DNA from: a virus | Taxonomy: Duplodnaviria; Caudoviricetes | Virus record (IMG/VR): IMGVR_UViG_3300043932_000064 | Span: 1-37,976 of that record | DNA length: 37,976 nucleotides | Direction: 5' to 3' (one strand) | Shown here: piece after piece, positions 7,722-17,323 of the stretch | Position numbering within the stretch: position 1 is the first letter of the stretch | Layout: every line of letters begins with the position of its first letter | Position numbers and translations under genes: made by a program | Notes under the pieces: generated by a model | What the model was told of the DNA's origin: nothing | Seen by the model: only the letters and a program-made list of their open reading frames with translations | Databases searched by the model: none

Positions 7722-10700
7722 TTAAATTCTTAACATGTTCTTTCCGTTGGCTTGGTTAACCTGGTTAATTCCTTTAATAGCTGCTTCGCCCAATTTGGTC
7801 GAATCAACTTGGATCGTCACATTAATTGGCTGATTATTGCCGGCTGGTTGACTGCCCATATTGGCCATTTGCAAGCCCTGAACGATTGCGTTAACAATGC
7901 TTGAAGTGAAGTCATTATTTGCCTTAATGCCGCTATTAGCCGTGCCAGCAAATGAAATTTGCTGTTCTAATCCTCTAGGCATCGAAACGCCATTTTTAAA
8001 GTTCTCGCCCATGAACGCCATTGACTTTTGAATCAATGCAAGGGCTCTAACCTTGTCAGTTAGTGGAATAACCATCTCTGGCTTATTTCCTTCGCCTACA
8101 AGATAATAGCCTTCCTTATTGATTAAACCACCGTTTTCAAATCCAAACCCCTTGGAAAAGATCTTGGACAAGCTGGCCATAGACTTGTTAAAGACGTCCC
8201 AATTTCCACCGCTTGAGCTGGAAGAACTGGAAGACTTTTTCTTTTCCTTTTTGCCAAACCGTTTCAAGAAATCTGTAGCCCAGCCAAACAGTTTCTTATT
8301 CATGATTGACTTTAAGCCATCAAACAGCTTTATAGAGATTGACGCAGTTTCTGAATTGGATCCGACAAATTTAGAAATAATATATTCCACCAGTTTTGAA
8401 GGGTGTGTAATGTCCTTTAAAATGTCTTCGAACGTATCCAATACCCCGCCGGCAAAATCTCCGATTGAGCTAGCAATACTGTTAAGCCCGCTAAAATCAA
8501 AATTAAAGTCAAAGTCACCAATACCCCCGGCATAGTGTGGAGCATCTCCCAGCAATGTTTTAGTTTGAGCTGCTGGCATAACTTTGGTACCGGCTGGTAA
8601 ATCCATAAGTAAATTTCTAACTGCTGGAAATAGCCCGGTTTGGCCGTTTGGCAACTGGAACGCTTCTCTGTAGGTGTCGCCTTCCTGGTCGTTAACCAGT
8701 GCAAGCCCGCCAGGGTGTCCGCCAGTACCATTTTCGTAATGGTATGACCAGTCAAAGGACCAGTTAAAGCCAGATTGGCCAACTTTACCAAGTGCCCAGT
8801 TAATACCTTGGCCAACCTTTTGAATTACGGTTTGAATTGGTTTAATGATCTTATTTGCAAGCTTGCTAACCGTTGACGTTACGGCATTCCAGCCGCCACT
8901 AATCGCCTTGGCAATCTTGCCACCTAATGAACCAGCACTCTTAACTAATGAGCTAAAAGCCCTAGTTAATGTGGTTTTTACGCTATTCCACTTCTTAGAC
9001 CAAGAAGAAGAGAAACCCGGCCACCACTTGGCCAAACTGGTTGTAAAGTGGTTCCAGGTTTTGCCTGATTCTGTTTTAAGATTGTCCCAAACGCCGCCTT
9101 TACCGGTTACATGCTTTTTAACACTGTTCCAGTGTTTCTTCCAGTCCGGGTTAAACGTCTTCCACCAAGTGGATAATGAACTGGTGAATTTATTCCAGGT
9201 CTTGCCTGATTGCGTCTTTAAGTGTTCCCAGACACCGTTTTTACCGGTTACGTGTGTTTTAACGTTGTTCCAGTATTTCTTCCAGTCGGGGCTAAATTTA
9301 CCCCACCATTTAGACAATGAACTGGTGAATTCCGTCCAGGTCTTGCCGGCTTGAGTTTTAAGGTGTGTCCAGACACCGTTTTTGCCAACTACACCATCTT
9401 TAATGCTTGACCAGTGCTTACTCCAGCTTTTGCTAAAGGATTTTTTGAAGTCTCCCCAGCCTTTGGTAACGTCGGCCCACTTTTTGCCGAACCACTTTCC
9501 TAAGCCGCCGAAGTATTTGGTGATATTACCCCAAATGCCGTTGCACCATTCTCTAAATGGTTTGTTGGTTGCGTAAAGGGTCGCGAAAATAGCCACCAGC
9601 GCGGCAATAGCTGCAATCACCGCGCCTATTGGATTAGCCGCCATAACCACCCAAAGGGCTTTTAAGCCAGTCCCTAACAGTTGAACAAATCCAATTAATT
9701 TAGACCAGCCTAATTTAATTAAGTCGCCCATGTAACCGGCTAACAATTTGACATTAGACCAGCCCAATTTTGCCAATTCTGCCAGCTTGCCAACGCCAGC
9801 TTTTAAACCGTCCCAGGCCAAACCTGCAATAGTCTTGAGGTAACCACCAGCGGCTTTTATCTTTTCCCAGCCTAAACCGGCAATAGTTTTAAGATAACCA
9901 CCGCCAACTTTTACCTTGTCCCAGCCAATACCCGCAATAGTCTTGAGGTATCCACCAGCTGTCTTGATCTTGCCCCAGGAAATAGAGACTAGATCTTTGG
10001 AGTAAGAATAAATGGTTTTAATGTTCGTCCCAATCTCCTTGATCTTGGTAATACCAATACCATCTAGCAGGTCTTTAAACACTGTTTTCTTGGTCCAAAG
10101 CTCTTTGGCAATGCCTAGCAAGGATCCAAACTTCGATGTAGCACTCTCGATTGCACTAACTGACACTTTAAACGTAAACCAAGTAATTAGGACCTTAGCA
10201 ACGTTTGTAATAAGTTTCTGGTGCTTACTTGCCCAACTTGACAAGCCATTTAAGGCGCTTGTAAGAAGTTTCAAACCTTCAATAACCGCTTTACCAGTCC
10301 ATTTAGCTATTGGCTTTAAGAACGATTCCCAGGCCCATTTTAAGGCTGGTTTAGCCGCATCAATGACGGTATGCACCAACTTCAAAGCGGCTGCCAGCGC
10401 TTTAATAAAGTTTGGCGCTAATTGCGTGATCGTCCATTTTGACAAAGGCAAAAGAACGTTCTTGTAACCCCATTCAATACCGCTCCAAATGTCCTTATTA
10501 ATTGATCTTACGGCTTTTAAGAGAACATCAATAGACTTTAAAAGTGGGCCAAAGTCGATGCTCTTAGCCCATTTGGCGGTTGCCGCTGACATCTTATCAA
10601 GGCTTGCCAAAGTGTCGTTAATAATGTTTAGGACGTCTTTAAAGATCTTGGTGCCAGTACCGCCAGACTTCCAGGCTTTATCAAATTCGCCTGCAAGATT

Positions 10701-13004
10701 TCCAACAGTCTTGTTTAAATTTGTAGCGATAGAGATTAAGTGAGAGAAAATCGAAACTCCCACGCCGGAATTGAAGGCCTTTCTGAACGAGTTGCCAATG
10801 TCGTTGCATAGATTTAAAACTTTGTTTAAGGCATTGAAATAAGATTGAATAAGCTTAGTTCCGGCCCCGTTATCAGTCCATGCCTTTCTAAACGCTCTAG
10901 CAATGTCACCGACAATGTTAAGCATTGTCTGCAATAGCTTTAGTAAGTTTCGAACTGTTGTTTCGCCAGTACCATTAGTCCAAACAGATTTAAAGGACCG
11001 GCCCACGGCTTCCACTGCCTTTTGGAGTTGCTCCCAGGCGTATTTTGCTGCCTTAATGGTCTTGGCGCCTTCCTTATCCCAGGCCTCTTGCATAGGCTTA
11101 AACAATTCGCCTAAAAGCTTCTTTAAGTCTTTGGCCGCTTTAAAAGCCCCACCGTTTTCGTCAATTGGCTTGCTGAAGTCTAATAAGTTGGCACCATTGC
11201 CACCCGAACCGGTCCCAGTGTCGCCCGTATCGCTGCCAACACTAGGCACCGTCTGTGTAGGCTGTGGAGTAAATGTCTTTTTGGCTTGCTTGTCATAACC
11301 GCCATCATCGATAGAATTGTCCTTGTCTAGAACGTTAATCTCATCAAACCCCATTAAGGAATTCTTGAGATCTTCCGCGGCCTTTTTTTGCTTTTCGTAA
11401 GATTCCTTGGCCCTGTTATTAGCTTCTTCGATCTTTTTGTTTTCTTGCTGTACAGCCAAACGCCCGGCTTTATTGGCTGCTTGAATTTTTGCGTTTGACT
11501 CTCTAACGGCCTTAGCCTGTTCTTCTTGCTGTTTCTTAACCGCTGAAGTTGCTGACTTGGAGGCGCTGGAAGTGTCTTTCATTGCCTGGATTTGGTTATA
11601 CAAGCCTTTAGCGCCGGCCTGGTTAGCTTTAACACTAGTACCAGTTAACGCCGCAACAAAATTAGCAATCCACGCCGTGGCCTGGCTTAAAGCTGACATC
11701 AAGGCATTTAAGGCCGGTAAAACCGTCTTATAAATAGGGTAAAAGGCGGTTAATAGGTTAACCTGAATTTGGTTAAGTGATGCCGAGAATTGCGTATTAG
11801 CCTTTAGAGCGCTAAAGAACGCTGACCCCAGGGCCATAATCGCCTTGTTTAAAAGCTGGTAAACAAGAATCTGCATCGCCAGCATTCGCCCAATCGAAAC
11901 AAGGTTAAGTCCTGACCGGTAGCCCCGGTTAAAGCCATTGCGCGCACGGTTGCCGGCCTGTTCTGCACTATTGCCGAATAAATTGAAGTGGCTTCTTAAC
12001 CCGCTTAGCATGTTTCTAAGCCCGGCGAATCTGGATCCTAGCCCGGCATTCTTGCGCCCGGCCTTGTCTGCCGCTTCGCCGTTTTCGTTCAAAGACAAGT
12101 CAAGGTTATCAATAACTTTCTTATAGGCCTCTGCCTTATCTTCGGTGTAGGCGTACTGTTTGCCCAACTTGTCCTGTTTGACAATCAACCGCTCTAAGGC
12201 GTCATTCTGTCGGTCGTAAGCTTGCTGGAATTTCGCAATCTGATTAGGATCATACGTGTATTCCATCTTTTCTTTAAGACTGGCCATTAACTGCTTTTGG
12301 TTGTTAATAGCCGCTTCGTTGCGGTCCATAGCCCCGGCTATTTGGTCAAGGCTAGCAGGAATCTTATTAAATTCCTCTCGCATATTTTGCGCTAAATTTT
12401 TGGCCTGGTTTAAATAGCGCGTCATCTTAACCCGTTGCTGGTCAATTTGTGCATCAAGTTTTGGTAAACTTTCCGGGTCCGTCTTAATAACGTCCGTCCG
12501 CATACTCATTAACTTCTGTAGTTTTGCCTGTTCTCGCCGGGCTTGTTCCATTTTTTGGTTAATGGTGTCCACTTGCTTGAGAACATCACGGGTGGCCTTG
12601 TTTAAGTCGCTGGTATCAACTTCAGGCGCTTTAATCTTGGTATCTTCTACCTTTTTAGCCGACTGCTTTAACTTGTCAAAAGTGTGGTCAAAATTGTTAT
12701 TTGCTAACTTACTTTTTAACGTTTGAAATGCTTCGGAAATACGGCTAAAAGCGCCGTGTTCTGAATTGGCCGCGTCATTTACTTGGCTAGCTTCATTTCT
12801 TTTCGCATTAACGATGTCATTAGAATCTTGCTTAACCTTTTGCGCGTTTTGGTTGCTGGCATTGGCCATTTGGTTAAGAGAATTCTGAACATTACTAGAA
12901 ATTTGCCCAAAATTGTTTTGAAAAAGGTTGGCCAATTCTTGTGTCTTTTGAATGACGTCTGAATAATTGGCCTTGAATAATACCTCTAATTGCTCTAACT
13001 CCAC
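7722..13004 (-). CDS. Tail tape measure protein
   Basis: 1760 aa, helical, Ala/Lys/Trp-periodic repeats, follows the tail chaperones, AGGAGG before GTG start. Confidence 0.93.
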   Translation of the reverse strand: MELEQLEVLFKANYSDVIQKTQELANLFQNNFGQISSNVQNSLNQMANASNQNAQKVKQDSNDIVNAKRNEASQVNDAANSEHGAFSRISEAFQTLKSKLANNNFDHTFDKLKQSAKKVEDTKIKAPEVDTSDLNKATRDVLKQVDTINQKMEQARREQAKLQKLMSMRTDVIKTDPESLPKLDAQIDQQRVKMTRYLNQAKNLAQNMREEFNKIPASLDQIAGAMDRNEAAINNQKQLMASLKEKMEYTYDPNQIAKFQQAYDRQNDALERLIVKQDKLGKQYAYTEDKAEAYKKVIDNLDLSLNENGEAADKAGRKNAGLGSRFAGLRNMLSGLRSHFNLFGNSAEQAGNRARNGFNRGYRSGLNLVSIGRMLAMQILVYQLLNKAIMALGSAFFSALKANTQFSASLNQIQVNLLTAFYPIYKTVLPALNALMSALSQATAWIANFVAALTGTSVKANQAGAKGLYNQIQAMKDTSSASKSATSAVKKQQEEQAKAVRESNAKIQAANKAGRLAVQQENKKIEEANNRAKESYEKQKKAAEDLKNSLMGFDEINVLDKDNSIDDGGYDKQAKKTFTPQPTQTVPSVGSDTGDTGTGSGGNGANLLDFSKPIDENGGAFKAAKDLKKLLGELFKPMQEAWDKEGAKTIKAAKYAWEQLQKAVEAVGRSFKSVWTNGTGETTVRNLLKLLQTMLNIVGDIARAFRKAWTDNGAGTKLIQSYFNALNKVLNLCNDIGNSFRKAFNSGVGVSIFSHLISIATNLNKTVGNLAGEFDKAWKSGGTGTKIFKDVLNIINDTLASLDKMSAATAKWAKSIDFGPLLKSIDVLLKAVRSINKDIWSGIEWGYKNVLLPLSKWTITQLAPNFIKALAAALKLVHTVIDAAKPALKWAWESFLKPIAKWTGKAVIEGLKLLTSALNGLSSWASKHQKLITNVAKVLITWFTFKVSVSAIESATSKFGSLLGIAKELWTKKTVFKDLLDGIGITKIKEIGTNIKTIYSYSKDLVSISWGKIKTAGGYLKTIAGIGWDKVKVGGGYLKTIAGLGWEKIKAAGGYLKTIAGLAWDGLKAGVGKLAELAKLGWSNVKLLAGYMGDLIKLGWSKLIGFVQLLGTGLKALWVVMAANPIGAVIAAIAALVAIFATLYATNKPFREWCNGIWGNITKYFGGLGKWFGKKWADVTKGWGDFKKSFSKSWSKHWSSIKDGVVGKNGVWTHLKTQAGKTWTEFTSSLSKWWGKFSPDWKKYWNNVKTHVTGKNGVWEHLKTQSGKTWNKFTSSLSTWWKTFNPDWKKHWNSVKKHVTGKGGVWDNLKTESGKTWNHFTTSLAKWWPGFSSSWSKKWNSVKTTLTRAFSSLVKSAGSLGGKIAKAISGGWNAVTSTVSKLANKIIKPIQTVIQKVGQGINWALGKVGQSGFNWSFDWSYHYENGTGGHPGGLALVNDQEGDTYREAFQLPNGQTGLFPAVRNLLMDLPAGTKVMPAAQTKTLLGDAPHYAGGIGDFDFNFDFSGLNSIASSIGDFAGGVLDTFEDILKDITHPSKLVEYIISKFVGSNSETASISIKLFDGLKSIMNKKLFGWATDFLKRFGKKEKKKSSSSSSSSGGNWDVFNKSMASLSKIFSKGFGFENGGLINKEGYYLVGEGNKPEMVIPLTDKVRALALIQKSMAFMGENFKNGVSMPRGLEQQISFAGTANSGIKANNDFTSSIVNAIVQGLQMANMGSQPAGNNQPINVTIQVDSTKLGEAAIKGINQVNQANGKNMLRI
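8975..9395 (-). repeat. Three 141-nt (47-aa) tandem repeats in the tape measure gene
   Basis: V.GK.GVW..LKT..GKTW..FT.SL..WW..F...W.K.WN.VK occurs three times; TTACCGGTTA anchors at 9100 and 9241 are 141 nt apart. Confidence 0.85.
9690..9980 (-). repeat. 54-nt (18-aa) tandem repeats in the tape measure gene
   Basis: Three near-identical W.K.K..GGYLKTIAG.. units followed by degenerate copies. Confidence 0.85.
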
Positions 13005-13024
13005 GCTAGCTAACCTCCTTTCTT

Positions 13025-13462
13025 TTATTGATTTTGTCTAGACCGTTTAATCATTTCTGCTTGTTGCATTAAAATTAGCTGGTCTTTCTTCCATTCTGGC
13101 ATTTCCTCCGCCTGGTCTTGATCCTGGTTAACAAATGGATATGCTTCTTCCACTCTTGGCATTTTGCCCGGGTCATTAAAAGCATAGGCAATTAAGCTTG
13201 CTAATTGGTGATCCATGTAAGCCCTGGCCGTTAACTGTTCTTTTTCATGTTGAACATTGGCTTCAGTCTGAACCATGACTTCTTCAAAAGTTAAGTCCCA
13301 AAATTCAGCCGCTGGAATACCACTTTCAACAGCCTTTGGATAGATAGCCCAAAGCAATTCGCTAACAGTGGAATAGCTTATTCCTCGTTGTCCACTAGGC
13401 TTAGGCCGGTTTGTGCCAATTCTGTAGCAGTCTTCGAATCGTCCTTCTGCTTCCCGAAAAAA
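13025..13462 (-). CDS. Tail assembly chaperone C-terminal extension (gpT-like), reached by -1 frameshift
   Basis: The -1 frame is open from T-TTT-TTC (13462-13456) into ...SYSTVSELLWAIYPKAVESG; no RBS before TTG 13357. Confidence 0.8.
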   Translation of the reverse strand, partial: FFREAEGRFEDCYRIGTNRPKPSGQRGISYSTVSELLWAIYPKAVESGIPAAEFWDLTFEEVMVQTEANVQHEKEQLTARAYMDHQLASLIAYAFNDPGKMPRVEEAYPFVNQDQDQAEEMPEWKKDQLILMQQAEMIKRSRQNQ

Positions 13463-13764
13463 CCAGAATCAGCAAGCAAATCATTTACCGCCGTATAAAG
13501 GTCTGTGGTAGTACCGCCGTTATCAATGTAATCTTCAAAGGCGCTAATAATGTCTTCATCACTAACCCCGTGGGTCTTGTTTGAGCCTTGCAAGACTACC
13601 AGAATTTCATTAATTGGTGGGAATTGAACCTGGCCTTCAGGCCCGATGAATAAAGTCAAAATTGACTTCTTCAGCCGCTTTTCAACTTGTAAAATTGCCC
13701 GGCCGTCTAACTTGCATTCAAGCGTTAACTTACCCAACTTAATTTCCTTAGTGCCCTTAACCAT
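13378..13764 (-). CDS. Tail assembly chaperone (gpG-like)
   Basis: Between major tail and tape measure genes, ends with SGFF slippery motif, AAGGAG RBS. Confidence 0.85.
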   Translation of the reverse strand: MVKGTKEIKLGKLTLECKLDGRAILQVEKRLKKSILTLFIGPEGQVQFPPINEILVVLQGSNKTHGVSDEDIISAFEDYIDNGGTTTDLYTAVNDLLADSGFFGKQKDDSKTATELAQTGLSLVDNEE

Positions 13765-13781
13765 GTAATTTTCTCCTTCTA

Positions 13782-13829
13782 AAAAAAATCTAAACTAAAA
13801 GGCGCTAGAGAATCGAACCCTAACGCCTT
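13782..13829 (-). terminator. Terminator-like hairpin capped by a TTCGATT T-loop after the major tail gene
   Basis: AAGGCGTTAGGG-TTCGATT-CTCTAGCGCCTT followed by TTAGTTTAGATTTTTTT. Confidence 0.7.
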
Positions 13830-13849
13830 AACTATTTACTTGTAACTTA

Positions 13850-14314
13850 TTATGAACCAGATACGGCCGTACCTGCTGGAGTGAAGTTAGGACCATCACT
13901 AACAGTAATAGTGATAGTGAACCCAACAGCCGCGTTGGTTGAAAGTGAATCCATCGCCAACGTTGCCCGGCCTTCAAATTGTGCGGTCATACCGTCTGGA
14001 TAGGTTACCTTAAATTGGTAAGTTACATTGTTATCACAGATTGCTTGCGCCTTCTTAAAGTTGTCGCCCTTGTAAACGCATTGGAAAGCCAGTGAAGAAC
14101 TCTGCTTAATACCTGGAATTTGCTTTTGCCGGGTATCTGCCAGCGTGGTTACATCAATAGTTTGTGGAGTACCGCCGACAGCTGGAATGGTCTTAACGTC
14201 CGTGATATCAGTCCACGCTTTGCCATCTTGAGAATATGATAGCTTGGTACCAGTACCGGCCAAACCATCGCTAGCGTCAACGCCTGCAAATTGTTGCAAC
14301 TTAAATTCTTGCAT
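13850..14314 (-). CDS. Major tail (tube) protein
   Basis: IPAVGGTPQTIDVTTL...GI...FKVTYPDG pattern of siphovirus tube proteins; position in tail module. Confidence 0.88.
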   Translation of the reverse strand: MQEFKLQQFAGVDASDGLAGTGTKLSYSQDGKAWTDITDVKTIPAVGGTPQTIDVTTLADTRQKQIPGIKQSSSLAFQCVYKGDNFKKAQAICDNNVTYQFKVTYPDGMTAQFEGRATLAMDSLSTNAAVGFTITITVSDGPNFTPAGTAVSGS

Positions 14315-14329
14315 CTTGTAATATCCTTC

Positions 14330-14695
14330 CTATTTTTGGTAAACGTGCTTTAGCTGGTTATCCACCACCCCGTAAAAGGTGATAGCCACCCGCGAAACGC
14401 CGTTTAAATCTTGGTCAACTGCCGAATAGGTAAAGCCCATTTGGCTAAAAGTATCAATAATTTGATCTTCGATTTCTTGCGGTGATCCTTCACAAAATAG
14501 ATCAATCGTAAAGGACCAGCTAGTTAATAATTCTTCTTGGTCCGCATTTCGCTGAACCGTGACATGTGAAGTTGAATAAACTGCTACCGGGTATGTAGTT
14601 AGTTCTTCAGGATAGCGAGGAAAAACGTTTCCTTGAAGCTCTGGAATGCTATCTAACGTTTGATAAACCAGAGTTTTAACATCAAAGATTTTCAT
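14330..14695 (-). CDS. Tail completion/terminator protein
   Basis: Position before the tube gene; acidic 121 aa with YP..VY and IDLF motifs. Confidence 0.7.
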   Translation of the reverse strand: MKIFDVKTLVYQTLDSIPELQGNVFPRYPEELTTYPVAVYSTSHVTVQRNADQEELLTSWSFTIDLFCEGSPQEIEDQIIDTFSQMGFTYSAVDQDLNGVSRVAITFYGVVDNQLKHVYQK

Positions 14696-15233
14696 TTAAC
14701 CCCTCCTTAACTCTTTTAGAAATGATTTCGTCTGCGTCACGTCCGGCCTTTTCGATCGCTGGCGTTAAGAATTGACGGGCTGGCTGGCCGTTTGTCCGAT
14801 AGAACTCTTTATCATGGATCTTGATTTTCTGCATACCGTAAATAGCGGTTAAATCAAGATCCACTTTATCAACTGGTATAAACCAGGTTGTTTGCCTATA
14901 GGTCAAAGTTACATTTGGCGGGGTGATTTTTGGCGACTTTTCACCATTGCGCCCGGTCCCAAATTCACGGTAAACGGCTATAGGGTCATTAGACCATAAC
15001 CGTCCAACAATTTCGCCGGTTGATTTTAGTTTAACTTCAGTTCTCAAAGATCTAGTTAATTCACCGGTGGAATACTTAATAGACTTTTGGAGTTCTTCAA
15101 CCGCGTAGGCTTCCGCCTGGTCCATTACGTCTTCTTCGCCGTCGTGGATTGCCTTTTCCGTGACACCAGGCAACTTTTTCAGCTTTTCCTGAAGTCGGTC
15201 AAGACCCTTGATTTCAAAGGAAAACTGCATCAC
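14682..15233 (-). CDS. HK97 gp10-like neck protein
   Basis: IKGLDRL, TGEL.RS, Y.EFGTG and PARQFLTPA motifs. Confidence 0.85.
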   Translation of the reverse strand: MMQFSFEIKGLDRLQEKLKKLPGVTEKAIHDGEEDVMDQAEAYAVEELQKSIKYSTGELTRSLRTEVKLKSTGEIVGRLWSNDPIAVYREFGTGRNGEKSPKITPPNVTLTYRQTTWFIPVDKVDLDLTAIYGMQKIKIHDKEFYRTNGQPARQFLTPAIEKAGRDADEIISKRVKEGLNENL

Positions 15234-15568
15234 TTATTCCTTCTTTTCAGAGAAATATTCTTGTGAGTTGAATATTCTTGTATTGCTACGATTTCATAGT
15301 CCGGATCAGCTTCCGGATCAGCATCAACACAGAGCCCATCGCCTTCATTCTCCGCCGATTTTAGCAAGTTGCCCTGGTACTTACCTGACAGCATGTAATT
15401 CAAGCTCTCACCGTAAATTTGAGCGTTAATGCTGCCTCCAGCCGGTTGAAGGTTGATAAGCAATGGAACAGCTTTAGACCAGCCCTTTAATGCATATCCT
15501 TGTTTGTCTTTGCCAGATTGCTTGCGTCTTAAATAAACCAGACGTAAATTTTTATTTACCAGTCTCAA
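15230..15568 (-). CDS. Head-closure/head-tail joining protein
   Basis: Position and size; QPAGG...AQIYG motif. Confidence 0.7.
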   Translation of the reverse strand: MRLVNKNLRLVYLRRKQSGKDKQGYALKGWSKAVPLLINLQPAGGSINAQIYGESLNYMLSGKYQGNLLKSAENEGDGLCVDADPEADPDYEIVAIQEYSTHKNISLKRRNK

Positions 15569-15876
15569 AACGGCACCACCTTTGCGAGTCGATAGCGCTT
15601 TAAGCCTTGCTTGATCTCAGTAGGAATGCCAACTTCAAAGTCAGCTTTGATCCCACCTTCTGTTCTGGAACTTTCCCCTTCTGCCCCCTGACGATTAAAA
15701 GCAATCACCGTTAATTGCTTAACGTATGTTGCCATATTACCGATTAATGCAGTTCGATTAGTGTAGTCAAGGACCTTAGCCAGTGATTCGTCATACAACT
15801 CTCCGACTAATTCGGCATCGTCAGTATTCAGTCGTTTTAGTAGCCTCGCGACTTCCTTCTCTTTTATTTCGTCCAT
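15565..15876 (-). CDS. Head-tail connector (SPP1 gp15/HK97 gp6-like)
   Basis: LDYTNR...FNRQGAEGESSRTEGG motif, directly after the capsid gene. Confidence 0.85.
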   Translation of the reverse strand: MDEIKEKEVARLLKRLNTDDAELVGELYDESLAKVLDYTNRTALIGNMATYVKQLTVIAFNRQGAEGESSRTEGGIKADFEVGIPTEIKQGLKRYRLAKVVPF

Positions 15877-15893
15877 TACTACATCTCCTCTAA

Positions 15894-16937
15894 TTAGCCT
15901 AAAACAGTAGCCTGGAATACTTCATCTACTGCCGCAAAGCTTGGCAGGAAAGTAGCAGAAGCCATTTCCCAAGTGCCCACAGGGTCTTGAGTTGATTCAT
16001 AAATCTTAGTAAAGACTTGGTTGTCTTGAGAAATCTTAGCGCCAGAAGCAATCAAGTGACTTTCGTCTGGAGTAGGGCCGTAAAGCTTTTCACCGAGCAA
16101 GTCATCATTCATCAATACAATAGAGTTTTCTGGGAAGTAGCGCTTCACGTTGTACTTACCCTTAGAAACCTTTTCGCGGTAGGTGCCGTCATAAGCACGA
16201 ATTACTGGCAAGCCTTGTTGGATCATGAATGCATCAAAGTCGGCTTGACCTAATACTCTCCCCGTGTTGTTATCACCGTATACGGCAGCAATAACCTTCT
16301 TATTCCGCATGATAGTTCTCAAAATCTTTTTAGAAGTCAATGCTCTAGTTGGGGCAATGCTCAAGGAGTCAGACCAGTCTTGCAAATTGGTGAGGATATC
16401 TGCATCTGCACCGTCCCAGGTATTGCCACCTGAAAGAGCCTTTTGGTGAGCACTTGGCACGCCATAATTAATACTGATCCCATGCTTACGGTCTACAATC
16501 TTACCAGTTGCCAGCATTTGCATGGTCATTTCTTCACCACGGGCACGAACGCTTTGAACCAGGTTAGCCAAGTCATTGTAAATTTGACTAACTACATAGT
16601 TTTGCTCAGCATCACTACGTGGATTAGCCAAAGCAATCAAATCTGCTTCCTTAATTTGAGTCTTTCGCTTAATGTAGCTCAGTTCAGCAGTTGCTTTTTG
16701 TGCTTCGCGGTCGCCAATTTCTGCTTCAGTATCAAAGGAAGCATAGTCAGCGATAACTGGAGTGCGGTCACCTTCAAGCAGCATATCAACCGTGAGTGAT
16801 TGCACGCGCTTTGCTGGGAACAAAGTATCGCCCAACAATTCAGGAAAATCGCGCTTGCGAGTGTAGTCTAAAACAGATTGTTGAGAAAACAACTCAGTCA
16901 ATGGAGTTGCAAACATTTGTAAATCGAACTTAAACAT
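15894..16937 (-). CDS. Major capsid protein
   Basis: 347 aa from ATG 16937 (GAAGGGAG RBS); LFP, E.M.MQ.L.TG and GPT.DE patterns of the capsid-E family. Confidence 0.9.
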   Translation of the reverse strand: MFKFDLQMFATPLTELFSQQSVLDYTRKRDFPELLGDTLFPAKRVQSLTVDMLLEGDRTPVIADYASFDTEAEIGDREAQKATAELSYIKRKTQIKEADLIALANPRSDAEQNYVVSQIYNDLANLVQSVRARGEEMTMQMLATGKIVDRKHGISINYGVPSAHQKALSGGNTWDGADADILTNLQDWSDSLSIAPTRALTSKKILRTIMRNKKVIAAVYGDNNTGRVLGQADFDAFMIQQGLPVIRAYDGTYREKVSKGKYNVKRYFPENSIVLMNDDLLGEKLYGPTPDESHLIASGAKISQDNQVFTKIYESTQDPVGTWEMASATFLPSFAAVDEVFQATVLG

Positions 16938-16951
16938 ATTTACTCCCTTCA

Positions 16952-17302
16952 TTAATGACCAGAATCTGAAACGATTGGGGTGCTAAGGTCCTTAAAGTGA
17001 ATGGTAGTCATTGCCTTAATGGCTTCTGCACTAGGCGTTACTGGCATTTGGTCAGACAACAGCCAACCTTCCCGAATTACGCCTACTAGCTGAGCACCAT
17101 CGTTAACGTAAACGTCGTTAATCGTTACACCGATTGCTTTAGCGTCGTTCGTTGGGTAAACAGTCCCTGCTGGAACATACTTCTTACCTTCGTCGTCAGT
17201 TTGAACATTGTAGTTAGTAGCGTCAATTGCTTCGGGGAATGCTACAAACTTTTCCGATGCCAAAAAATTAATCTGCTCGGAATTCATTCTTTTCACGTAC
17301 AT
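16952..17302 (-). CDS. Head decoration-like protein
   Basis: Between scaffold and capsid genes; GKKYVPAGT..P motif. Confidence 0.65.
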   Translation of the reverse strand: MYVKRMNSEQINFLASEKFVAFPEAIDATNYNVQTDDEGKKYVPAGTVYPTNDAKAIGVTINDVYVNDGAQLVGVIREGWLLSDQMPVTPSAEAIKAMTTIHFKDLSTPIVSDSGH

Positions 17303-17323
17303 AAACCATGTACTCCTTTCTCA

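Noticed and set aside
8119-12126. Long plus-strand ORFs opposite the tape measure gene (similar ones oppose lysin, capsid, portal and terL)
   Set aside because: Antisense shadows of real genes; no RBS or recognisable motifs.
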